From Yuukianura sp. NJ FZ-2021 (Eukaryota): a DNA stretch of 64,000 nucleotides. How positions within the stretch are numbered: position 1 is the stretch's first letter; the number at the start of each line of letters is the position of its first letter. This document shows, in pieces, positions 47,901 to 59,800 of the stretch. The stretch covers positions 8,432,001 through 8,496,000 of the forward strand of contig CM102283.1 of the NCBI GenBank assembly GCA_046563655.1, written 5' to 3'. The position numbers were made by a program, and so were the translations under genes. Below the pieces are notes generated by a model. That model did not search any database, was not told the DNA's origin, and saw nothing but the letters and a program-made list of their open reading frames with translations.

Positions 47901-50812
47901 AGACGGAGGCAATCCAAGATTTTAACCAATTCCTGATGAATTGACAGACAACGATCAACTGTCCTCATTTTTAACACAAATCCACAAACCCAACATGGTT
48001 TCCTTTTCCAATAAAGTCCAAGACACTTAACGTCCGAGATCACAACATTAACAACTAAACAGAACTTGGTCATTTTCAACTGGAACTGAACCGAAATTCG
48101 GTCTAGTTCCGAAGTTTAACTTGAATAAGTTCAAAAAAGAAAATTGAAACTTACCATTGTTTGCAAGAGCTCAAGTCAATACCCACGGAAGTCTTTGTGG
48201 TTCGGATCGCTGTTCGAATTAAAACGTCTGGATCGGATTGAGGATTTGGTCCATCTTGGGCAGCACTCCACGGGCCACCAATTGCTTGCAAGTCTTGCTT
48301 ACCAACCTAAGATTGAAAAAAAATGAGATAACCAGTATTTCCAGCATTTCTTATAAAAATTGTTAAAAAGTTACCTTGAGTCCCAGAACAAAGTTGAGAA
48401 CTCGTCGCACGTTCGAATTGTATATCTTCGGCTCGCCTGGATTACACAGCAGCATCACCTACAATTACAATTAATCAGATTAATCAGAATTAATCACCAA
48501 CTACAAAATTGGAAGATTTCGTACCTTTGCAGAAAAAAGTCTCCGAGCATCTTCTGGTTCTGGAACAAGTTCCAGTTTCCTGATAATCTTCTTTTGCGTT
48601 TCTGGTTCATGATCAATGTATCCCATGTCAATCGATTCCGAATGTTTCCGGTAAATGACAATTGGTGAAGGTTTGAACAAGTCAAATGGGTTGTTCTGTG
48701 GAAAAGATTCCAACCAACATGCACGAGCCATGAAAAAGTCGCTGGGAATGTACAGCCGCTGGTATCGTCTTTTGAGTTCCGTCACTGGCAATTCCATTCT
48801 GAAAATTCGAAAAAAAAATCATAAATCTCTAAAATCTTTAGAGAATTATTGTCGGGAAGTTGCATGCAACGTCACTTACATGTTCAGAGGATACTGTGGC
48901 ACAATAACATTGTACCGCACAGTGGCTTTTTGACTGACAGACCGCGAGCGGGACTTGGTACGTGGCCGTGGCGACGATTTGTCACGTTCACGGTCTCTGT
49001 CTCTACGGCTACTCCGAATTGGACTCTTGTCCTTATCCGTTGCCCTTTGTTTACTTCGCGAACGACTGCGTTTTCTTGATGTCGAAGTAGAACTGGATGC
49101 TGGACTTGGATTTCGAGCTACTTGGTTAGATCTGTCTCTGTCCGTGGCCCGACTACGAGTCTCTCCTTCTTTAGAATCCTTTCCTTTATCCTTGTCCCTG
49201 AAACACAAGGAAAGACAAAAATCAATCAATTAATATCAATCAACACAAATCGATACTTAAATAACCGCTTGTTTTCAATTTTACCGATCAGAACGAGTAC
49301 GATCTCGTTCCGGTAGAGCATCAGTTCTTGCTTTCTTGGCCGGCGGACTCGGACTTCTTCTTCTGCTTACTCTATCCCTGTCAGCATCTTTGTCCTTGTC
49401 AGCATCACGGTCTTTAGTCCTCTCTTTCTCACGGTCTCTTCGAGATCGTTCCCTCTCCCTCTCCCGGTCTCGTTCCCGTTCCCGATCACGTTCCCTATCT
49501 CGTTCCCGTTCTCTCTCTCGTTCCCGCTCCTTCTCCCTTTCTCTAGAACTATCCATCCGTTCACGTTCCTTTTCGTTTTTTCTCAAAATGTCCAGAGTGG
49601 CAGCATTGGAGTTCATCTCGGAAGAGTTGAACAGACTCGGAATTTGTTGTTGAGTGTGGCTATTGAACTGCATGGGGACGTTAACTCCCATAGGAACTCC
49701 CATTGGCATGAGCCCACGACCGGCCGGTTGAAGGGCTCTCTGAGCCTGGGCTTGTTGGTAAGCCGCCACAGACGATGAAGCAGCAATGGGACTTGGGCTG
49801 ACAGTATTTTGAATTTGCTGGGAACTGCTGTGACTGTAGACAGAATGTGGATTTGAGATGATAGAAACATGTGAGTAGTTCATTCCATCAGATGATGTAG
49901 ACGTTGTGTGTCGAGAGGCTGTAACTCCAGCTTGACTCGTCATGGATATAATTGGTGGTGGTGGAGCCACCAGTTGGTTTTGCATGGCTCCGCCACGGTT
50001 GGTTTGAAGAGTTTTTTCAGCGGTTGAAACGTTCGGCTGATAACTTTGTTGTGAAGTATTCTGGACAGTGTTGCCTTTGTTCATTCCAATATTTCCGCCT
50101 CCAATGTTAACAATTTGTATGCGGGTTGCGGTCCACTTGAAGGCCGCCGAGCCATTAAACTCTGCTTCGACTAACACGCGATCTCCAGCCTTCGGAAGGA
50201 TCGGCCCTTTCACAGCTCTATTTAACAAAAATGTATTAAAAATGAAGGTTTTTAGCATTTTGATTTGACCATAATTCGTCAACTTACGCAGTGGTGAAGA
50301 ATACTTCATCATCAATAAATCCAAAATCTGCATGAGCTTTAGTTACTGTTCCAGTAAAAACTCTTTGCTTCTGCGCAGAGCCACCGGATTGCTGTGATAC
50401 GTTGGCCGTTGGAACAACTGGAAAACTCAACGAAGTCATGGCCATGGGAGTCATCAAGCTTTGCATACTGGAAGGGTTGGATGTGGCTTGAGATAGGATC
50501 TGATTCACACCGGCCGCAGCTAGTTGTTCACTGAGATAGTTGACATTTAGATTCTGAAATCCAGGAACTGGTTGGGATTGAAGTAGGATGTGGTTGTTTT
50601 CAAATGGATTGGGCTGAGATCCTTGTTGAAACTGAAGTTGGCCGAACAGTTGAGGTTGTAACGAGCCAGCAGCTCTAACCATTTGGGCTTGATTTGGAAC
50701 GCCAGGATTCCCTCCTCCGGCACCTTTAATTGTTAAAACAATCAAAAATATTAATTAGCCTGTGATCCATAACATGAGTAACGATGCAATTTCCCTTACC
50801 GTAAAAAGACAT
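44993..50812 (-). CDS. CCAR1: Cell division cycle and apoptosis regulator 1
   Basis: S1-like QRVFTGTVTKAHADFGFIDDEVFF..GDRVLVEA..FKWTATRIQ; ELKRRYQRLYIPSDFF; DBC1 IGGPWS..DG..LIRTAIR; SAP LREELSLRGLNTKGLKAQL; EF-like LLLAFTFFDTSRCGYI; C-terminal coiled coil. Confidence 0.92.
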
Positions 50813-51707
50813 TGTATTGAGACTCAAGTCAGCAGGATTGTTCAACTAAAAAAGGCAAATTACACACTTCAGAAATAATTGTACTGGATGAGTAATCGTT
50901 TTACAATTCGATTAAATTACGAAATTACCTAGCTTAGCTAAAATCATGTGTTTTATGTTGTGTATTTGAAGGTGTGTCTATATTCCTGTTTTGCTAGTTC
51001 TGTGCCTCTCTCCAAGGAAAAATTCCAAATTCGGTTCTGAAATACCAAAACTCCATAAGTAAAAAAACAAGCAAGCAAGGATCAATGCTGTTTTCAAATT
51101 TTGCGCGTGCAAATACTTGTACCGTGCATTTCATAAGTTATTACTGGTTTCGTAGGTATGGCTAAGACTCAGACAACGGATCTCTCGGATTCCTGCGATT
51201 TGTAGGAGGGAAGGAGGGATGAATCGAGCCACTGCCACATGAATTCCTACATATGTATAGCTTCTGGGAATTTTTTTTAAAATCAGTTGCTCAAACTTTA
51301 TCGATTTGATTTTGAAGTAAAATTTTAACGATTAAGTTTCGTAAGGCCTTTACCTTACCTAACTTCTTCCCTTATTATTAGAGTCCTCGGATTGACAGTG
51401 TTTACCCCTCATGCTAATCCGAGGAATCCAAAATCCGACTTTTAGCCACACCCTGAATATTTAATTTTGTTTTGTTTTTCACTTTTTTTTCACTCTTCTG
51501 TTTTGTTTAACCTATTTAGAACAGATAACAGGATGAACGGTTAATAAATGGTAAACTTACAAGCAAAAGGTAATTGTGACTTTTTTTTGTTGAGTAAAAT
51601 TTGGTGTTTCTTACTATAACAGGCATGCGAACTTAAGCCCGGGTTTCAGTAGGTTTCGCCATCTTTAATCAGACGCGTCTGCGCAAGCGCAAGGCACGGA
51701 GGCGACG

Positions 51708-52946
51708 ATGGACAACGATGGCACCACTGAATGGTCGGGGGAATCCGAAGATGAGATATGCCATAAGATTCTTCAGGCCTGCAACAAAGCGTTTAGAAAT
51801 GGTGTCAGCTCGGCGGATATTTACGAAACACTGATGTCAATGGAGGCCAAAAGTTCCGAAAACTCCAACGACAGAAAGCTGTATGTGTTTTGCGTGTCCA
51901 TGCTGAGCAAAATAAGACAAATTCTACGAGCAAGTATGCTGACGTGCTTTACGATGGTCACACTCTACTGGTTCATGTTGCACTTCTTCAATATCACCAT
52001 GTGGCCTCTTACCGAACTTAACGAATCTCGATGTCTCCTTCGTTCTCATCCACTCATAATGCAAATCATGAGGCCAGAATCAAATTGCTCGTTTTGCCAA
52101 GATTATAAAGATGTACGTTGCCTTAATATTTCTTAAATTCGAAACATACGACTAATGAGTTCTAAAATGACTTATTCTGTTTCATGTTTGTAGAGCGGTA
52201 CACCAGTGATTGAATTTCAGTCTACTCCAACACCAGAGGAGTTTGAAACACTGGCATATTCTTCCAAACCGATAATTATACGAGGAATTGGAACTAAAAA
52301 TTTTAGTTTCAAGAAGCTCAAGAAATTGTTCGATTCTGAGCCAGATGCAATGGTAGTGGACCATTGTCAGTTCCTTCCATTCAAGTCGTCTTTTACTAAT
52401 CTCAAGGACGTGTTCGAAACGGTCATGAGTGGAAGAAATTCTAATTCATCTTGGTACATTGGATGGTAAGTGGTACAAATCTACTTTCTGATTAATGTTT
52501 TACCAATGTTTTACAACTTACTATGATCCGACAGGAGTAATTGCCATTCAGGTATGCAACAAAAACTTCGGAAGATTTTTCCTCGACCTGCCTTTTTGCC
52601 TAAAGATTCCGTCCACTCTTCGATCGACTGGATTTTCATTGGATCTGTTGGATACGGCGCTGCGATGCACCTAGGTAAAACAAGAGGTTTCCAAACTGAA
52701 ACGTTCAAGTAATTGAACTCTGGTTTTCTAGATTTTGTAAAACGTCCATCTTGGCAAGCTCAGCTAAGCTCCGAGAAAACCTGGCATCTCAAACCACCAC
52801 CCGAATGTGAAGGACTTTGCCAAGACGACGTTTCTTTCAAGATTGGGGCAGGCGATATGCTCTTCCTGGACACAAATAACTGGTTTCACGAAACCGTCGT
52901 ATCGGGGTCCCGTATTTCAATTTCAATTGGTTCCGAATACGATTAA
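51708..52946 (+). CDS. Membrane-anchored JmjC/cupin-like domain protein, 4 exons
   Basis: TM helix, then C-x2-C, AYSSKPIIIRG, WYIGWSNC, DWIFIG..GAAMHLD, SWQAQL, GDMLFLDTNNWFHET (HxD...H metal triad). Confidence 0.75.
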
Positions 52947-53019
52947 GGAATTACCAGAAGAATCTTACAGAACTGGATCTCCTCTATTCTGATAGAAGTA
53001 GACGATACTGACGAGAATT

Positions 53020-53033
53020 GTTACCTTAGCAAC
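53020..53033. promoter_or_regulatory. Consensus X-box (RFX) motif
   Basis: GTTACC TT AGCAAC, about 170-180 bp upstream of ATG 53201. Confidence 0.6.
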
Positions 53034-53200
53034 GTGTTAGGTTATTTTTCCAACTCGAATTATTCATAAACATTTGTAAACAAAACTTCGTTTCGTTTCT
53101 TTCTCCTGCAGTGTATAGTGTCCCTGTTTTCAAATTTTGTGTTCGCCTTCAAAATTCCAAATTTTATCTACGTGTACCTCTCCTCCAGTTTACTTTGAAG

Positions 53201-53682
53201 ATGGCGTGTCGATGTCCAGATTGTGCTGGTTCTGCAGCAGGAGCAGCAATTGAAGATGACAATACTAGCAAGTCTCTGGAAGAAGCCGATTCCGAACTGT
53301 TGGCCAAGTTCGACCATCTTCGTCGGATTAATGAAGGGACAAGTGACATCCGCATATCGTCTCAGCCTCGTACTACAAAGTCAGCAGCGGCGTCGGCAAG
53401 AGGCCGTGGTCGGGGAGCAGATCGTTCCCAACTTCCCAGAATTGACATCCCTGGACGAATTGCCTACTTTGAATCAGAAGTAAGCTTAACAACTCTACAA
53501 TAAGTTGAGGATGTTTTACATTTGAAACGTTTTGAATTTTGTTTTAGATTGCAAAAGAAACGTTCGGAGCTTCGCATAATCGTGCACGTCTTTCCAACGA
53601 ATTAAAACGTAGGAGCCGCGATTCGGTTGGACCTGGACGCGGGTCACGCTGTAATTGTCTGGACCAATCGAAGGAATGTTAG
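53201..53682 (+). CDS. Small orphan protein (~137 aa), Cys motifs at both ends, RGRGRG tract; 2 exons
   Basis: MACRCPDC...RIAYFESE|gtaag...ttag|IAKETF...RCNCLDQSKEC*; phase-0 intron keeps the frame open. Confidence 0.55.
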
Positions 53683-54075
53683 GATGTCAGACGTTTTTGA
53701 ACCCTCATCAGGCTTAATAGTTGATCAAAATTTAGTTAGAGTAGGGTTAATTCGTTAACTGAGTTCGGTATTTGATGATTAAATCGATTTGAATACGTTT
53801 ACCATATTGTGGTTGAGGTGCTTGGGCTTTGGGCACCGCTTTGTGCAATTTTTGAATGGCGGGATTGTACAAGTTATTTGAATTTGGATCATAACTTTTT
53901 TGTCCTTCACTTGAACTTTTGCGGAATTTCGAAAATAAGCTCATTTTTTTAATCGAAAGGTGTGATTTTTATGAGTTAATTAATTAAGTTTTTGTTGAAT
54001 TAATTGGTAATTTGCTTTGGATTGTGTGAAGGTAGAAGACGGGCTTAGAGTAGCCGTTAAATAAACGGACCGAAA

Positions 54076-56680
54076 ATGGCTAATCGAATTCTAAGTCATT
54101 CAAGATTACTTCTGCAAAATCGTTTGAAAGCTGTAATTAAAAAACAAGTTCTACGTGCCAATCACTACCTACTTTAATTAATTACATACTTGTAATTGTA
54201 TGACATTTAAAATTGTATCATTTTTAGGGTTCACTGTCAAATGGAATAGGAAACGGTTGCCGCAATTTTCATGCTTCGAGATGCTTAGGAGCCACTGTAA
54301 GTCATCTTACACAAACTTGATTATTAATCGTCAAAATAACGTACTTGTTTCTGTTTGTTAGCTGGGAAAAGGATATGAAGTTATCGATCACACTTACGAT
54401 GCTGTCGTCGTGGGTGCCGGTGGTGCTGGACTTCGTGCTGCCTTTGGTCTTGTCGAAGAAGGATTCCGGACGGCTGTTATCACGAAATTGTTTCCCACTC
54501 GATCCCATACTGTTGCTGCTCAGGGTGGAATTAACGCTGCTCTTGGAAATATGGAAGCAGATGACTGGAAGTGGCACATGTACGACACTGTCAAGGGCTC
54601 TGACTGGCTTGGAGATCAAGATGCTATTCATGTAATTACGTTTACTTCAATATTCAAAGACTTTACTCTAATCTTTCTATTGATTGCCTACAGTACATGA
54701 CCAAAGAAGCACCGAAAGCTGTCATTGAACTTGAGAATTATGGAATGCCGTTTAGCAGAACAACCGAGGGAAAGATTTACCAGAGAGCCTTTGGAGGTCA
54801 GTCGTTGAAGTTTGGAAAAGGTGGCCAGGCTCATCGTTGCTGCTGCGTTGCTGACCGAACTGGTCACTCTCTGTTGCACACCCTGTATGGCCAATCTCTC
54901 AAGTATGACTGCCAGTATTTTGTGGAGTATTTCGCCCTGGACCTGATCATGGAAGGAGGAGAATGTCGTGGAGTCATTGCACTCTGTTTGGAGGATGGAA
55001 CTCTTCATCGGTTCCGGTCAAAGAACACAATTCTTGCCACTGGCGGGTAAAACAAAAACAAACAAACAAAATTTTTTTTGTTTATCAATATCATAACTTT
55101 TTTTTTTAGATACGGCCGTGCATATTTCTCTTGCACATCAGCACATACTTGTACTGGCGACGGAACTGCAATGGTGTCCAGAGCTGGACTCCCAAATGAA
55201 GACTTGGAGTTTGTCCAATTTCATCCAACTGGAATCTACGGAGCAGGTTGTCTAATTACGGAAGGATGTCGAGGAGAAGGTGGATTTCTAATTAACAGTG
55301 AAGGTGAACGATTCATGGAACGATATGCACCAAATGCTAAGGATTTGGCTTCCAGAGATGTCGTCTCCAGGGCCATGACATTGGAGATCCGGGAAGGCAG
55401 AGGATGCGGACCTGAGAAGGACCATGTCTTTCTACAGCTTCACCATCTTCCACCGGAACAATTACATCAAAGGTATTATTATAACTTATTAAAATTCTTA
55501 CTTATTAGATTAATTAAGTAATTAGAATTTTAATCATGATTTCCTTCCAGACTCCCCGGGATTTCCGAAACAGCAATGATTTTTGCTGGAGTTGATGTCA
55601 CCAGAGAACCAATTCCTGTTCTTCCCACCGTCCATTACAACATGGGCGGAGTTCCAACCAATTTCAAGGGACAGGCTCTTACCAACACTGGATCCGGTGA
55701 CAAGGTGGTGCCAGGGCTTTACGCCTGTGGCGAAGCTGGTAACCTAATCTAATTTGCATAAATTATGACAAGTAATTAACTGTTTCTCTGTTTGATCCAG
55801 CATGTGCTTCTGTCCATGGAGCTAATCGACTAGGAGCCAACTCCCTTCTGGACTTGGTAGTATTTGGACGAGCCTGTGCTAAAACCATAGCAGCTGAGAA
55901 TAAACCAGGAGAAGCTATTGGTACACTCTCGGCCAATGCTGGGGAAGCATCCGTATCAAACCTGGATAAACTTAGATACGCCAATGGAACTATCTCTACA
56001 GCCGACTTGAGACTGAAACTCCAGAAGACAATGCAGGCACATGCGGCTGTGTTTCGTACTGGAGATGTTCTCAAGGAGGGTGTGACGAAAGTTGCTGCGG
56101 TGTACAAGGAACTGAACAACCTGAAGGTGATTGTTGTTGAAGAAAGTATTTGCAAGTATAATGAAAATATGCTTGCAAGTATTGACAATGGTTTTCAATT
56201 TCTTTGTTTTACAGCTGTTTGATCGCGGGATGATTTGGAATTCGGATTTGGTGGAGGCTCTGGAGCTTCAGAACCTCATGATCAATGCTGTTTCGACAAT
56301 GGTTGGAGCAGAAGCCAGGAAAGAATCAAGAGGAGCACATGCTCGGGAAGATTTCAAGTAAGATTCTTTTGTTTTAAATTCCGGTTGGAGTAAGGATTAC
56401 CGACCATCGTTGTAATTCTTACATGCATATTGCATGGATTTGGATTATTGTACGACTAAAACTTGAATCTATTTTTAGGGAACGCATTGATGAATATGAC
56501 TATTCAAAACCCATTGCCGGACAGAAACCGAAACCAATAGATCAGCATTGGCGGAAACACACTCTGTCATGGGTCAACCCTGCTACAGGAGATGTCAAAT
56601 TAACCTATCGACCTGTAATTGATAACACACTGAATGAAAGTGAGTGTCCAAATGTACCCCCGGCTATTCGATCCTACTAA
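54076..56680 (+). CDS. SDHA: Succinate dehydrogenase flavoprotein subunit, mitochondrial
   Basis: Transit peptide; [26 protein letters not shown] (covalent FAD His); [19 protein letters not shown]; ends PPAIRSY*. Confidence 0.98.
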
Positions 56681-56898
56681 AACTCATTCTGGTGAATCAG
56701 AAACTTTTAGAACATGTCCTCATGAAAATTCGGATTTATGTTGTAAGTTATTTCCAGTTTCTTCAGTCTTCAGTCCTACCTTGGCACCGTCAGTCAAAAT
56801 AGATGATTAAAATAAAATGATTCACAATTGAATTATTTATGATGTAAAGTTAATCTTTTTGGATATTTTTTTGATGATTAGTGTTGACTTGTGGTTTT

Positions 56899-59800
56899 TT
56901 AGATTTGTAGTTTCAGTGTTTGTTTCGACGGACCACCACAAACGCGAAGTCCAGTAGAGAGACGCGGAAGAACCGGTTTGATACAAGAAAGTTTTCGGTG
57001 TTTCGATTTGTACGGAAACTTCGGACGACATGGACCAATCGGAGGCAGGGAACATACCGGAAGCGATTCAGAATCGCTTGGGGTCTTCGGTTTTGGTCGA
57101 TACCGTTCCATCACAACTCCGGAACCACTGGGACACTTCTTCTTTTGAAGAAATCCGGTTTTCCGGATTCTAGCTTTTGTGAGCATTTCGTCGTGCCAAA
57201 CTTTTCGGTTCCAGAGATTCTGGATTTCACGGGTCGGCGGAAAACCAAGTTTGAATCGACGTTGGGCAATTGCAAGCTCCTGCTTCTCTCGCATGTAACT
57301 AAAAAAAAACAAGATTTTTTAAAAAGTTTCAAGTATTTTTTGAATTTTGATGTTGAATTTACGCGAGTTCTGACGATTCTGCCCTGGATACAGCCAGTGA
57401 CACTTCACAGATCATTCCATCGATACGATTGGAAAAATGGTACAGTGTTTTGCGCATGTCAACCAAATGCTTTACTTCACATTCGTACCGCTCTTTCAAG
57501 TAACTCGCCTGGTCCATACTGGATTCAGTCAATTCTTCAACTTGTTTCAATGTCAATGCACGTTCCAGAATTCGGACTTCCCGCGTGGCCAAAAGACACT
57601 CCAGTTTGTTAATTTTCTTACGCAAGTGCGGTACTTGCTCGCGTTCTTCGATCCAGTTGTGGTGAATTTCGCGAACTCTGAAAAATTACGAAATTTCAAA
57701 AAAATAGTTTTTGAAGGAATGTTTTTTCAAAATTTTAACGAGAATTTCAGAAATTTTACCGTCCTGGATGGGTGACATTGGACAAGTCATCTTCAAGTGC
57801 TCGCCGATCTTTAGTCACAGCATAAAGTTGGAGACGGAGAGCTTCAATTTTTTCGACAAATTGAGCTTCATCTGGTTCGCTAACAAAAATGATTTTTTTT
57901 TTAAATTGGGAATGCTACAATTTTTGTAAATAGTTTTTTTTGCCTACTTTGAAGTGACGATGATCAAATGGGTTTTGACTTCATTCAAACTGGACAAAAG
58001 TTTAGTTTTTTCCAGTTCACGCAGCCGTAGTTCAGTATTTGCGTTGAGCAGAATCATGTCATAGGCTTGAATTCGTTCAATGAAAGTACAAACTTCTTCA
58101 GTTCGTTCTCTCACGGCAATTGCCAGTTTGGCGCTAGTTTCGATTCCTTCTTCAAACTGACTCCGAATGTCAGCAACATCACGACGAAGACGTACAATTT
58201 CTCTGCGCGTGTTCTCGTTGGCCATCTTCATTTCATCGCGTTCCATCCGGTCAACCCGAAATTTCTGAAAAAATTCGCGGTTTAGTTTCATTTACAGCCT
58301 CCTGTAGAAAGTTAGATGGTGTGATGGTGTTTGAAAAAAACAATATTTTGGAAAATTTCAATTTGTCATAAATAAGGAAGTTACACTTTAGTGAATTTCT
58401 CAGCCTAATCGTCACTTTTTCCAAATGCCTCCTGTAGAAAGTTAGATGGTGTGATGGTGTTTGAAAAAAACAATATTTTGGAAAATTTCAATTTGTCATA
58501 AATAAGGAAGTTACACTTTAGTGAATTTCTCAGCCTAATCGTCACTTTTTCCAAATGCCTCCTGTAGAAAGTTAGATGGTGTGATGGTGTTTGAAAAAAA
58601 CAATATTTTGGAAAATTTCAATTTGTCATAAATAAGGAAGTTGCGTTTCAGATAAAATGTTAGCCTAACTTTGTGAAAATGTCTAACCTGGACAGCTCGT
58701 AGTGCGTCGTTCCTGACGGAGTCTCGAGCCAATCCAGCATTTAGCAGCAAGTAGTGGATTCTTGTAATTTCTCTTTCTCTGTCCAGTGATTGGTTGACGT
58801 AAGACTCCACTTCGTTGTTGGCAATTTTGAACTTTTCAGTTTGTTCTGTAATGCGTTGTTTGGCTTGAATGAGGTCATTGACCACCGATGCTTTTTCAAT
58901 CTTCACTTGCGAGTACTGTTTCTGGAGCAGGGCAATGTTCCGGTTCATGTCACGCTCATTCCTCACTAATTCTTCTGTAAATACTTTCTTCATCTAAGAA
59001 AAATTTCGATATATCAAAATAATTTTGAAAAAGTTTCAAAAAATGACTTTTTGTTAATTCAAAATGTACTCGAATGTCAGTGACGATTCCAAAAAGTTGA
59101 GCTTCCAACTTGATACACTGCTCGGCCTTGTCCTGTCTTTCTCTTCGATTCCGAACAGTAGTACGCATCTAAAGCAAACATTTTAGTCAGGATTAAATAT
59201 TTTCAAAATTTGAAATCCATGTTCCAAAAGTTTTTTAAGTTTGAGGAACTTACGAGATTTTGAAGTTCTTTGCCACAGTTGACTTGATCTTCGTAAAGAG
59301 AATTCAATTGTTTCTGGAGATTGATGACTGCTGATGCTTGGTAACTGGAGTCAAGCAAACTCTTGTCCAATGCAGATTTCAAATTTTCAATTTCATTTAA
59401 AAACATTTTGCGAAGTTTTTCCCAATTGTCTGAATCTCCTTTGGGTTGCAAAGCATCAAAGGCTGATCGCATCTTTTCGTGGGCCAGTTTTGCATTCAAA
59501 TGACTCTCTCTTGCCGATTTGATATTTCGGTCCAATTTCTGATGCCTAAAAGAATCAAAAAAAATTTGGAAAAAATGATTTCAAAACTTCACTTGTAGAT
59601 TGCAGCCAGCATTTTTTTTTGAAATTCAAAACGCAACTCTCTCTGCAGACGAGCCGTTTCGTTGTAGATGCTGTGGTGTTCCTCAAACAGTTTCTTCTTC
59701 AACTTGGCATTGTACGAAATTTTCTCAATGGTCACTCGACTCTGAAATGAAAGTTTTTTTTCAGTTTTTCAAAATTTAAAAAATTTTCAAAAAAAAATTA

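Noticed and set aside
49336-49653. Plus-strand SR-rich ORF (and similar antisense ORFs such as 14359-14733, 5497-5973, 37297-37854)
   Set aside because: Antisense shadows of real coding sequence on the other strand (CCAR1 RE/RD tract, CatSper tail and others).
51384-51425. 10-bp inverted repeat TCCTCGGATT/AATCCGAGGA between CCAR1 and the JmjC gene
   Set aside because: Single short stem with no TSD or RNA-family features; may be chance.
53747-53944. Minus-strand 65-aa ORF divergent from SDHA
   Set aside because: Possible first exon, but I found no in-frame downstream exon or recognisable motif; unsupported.
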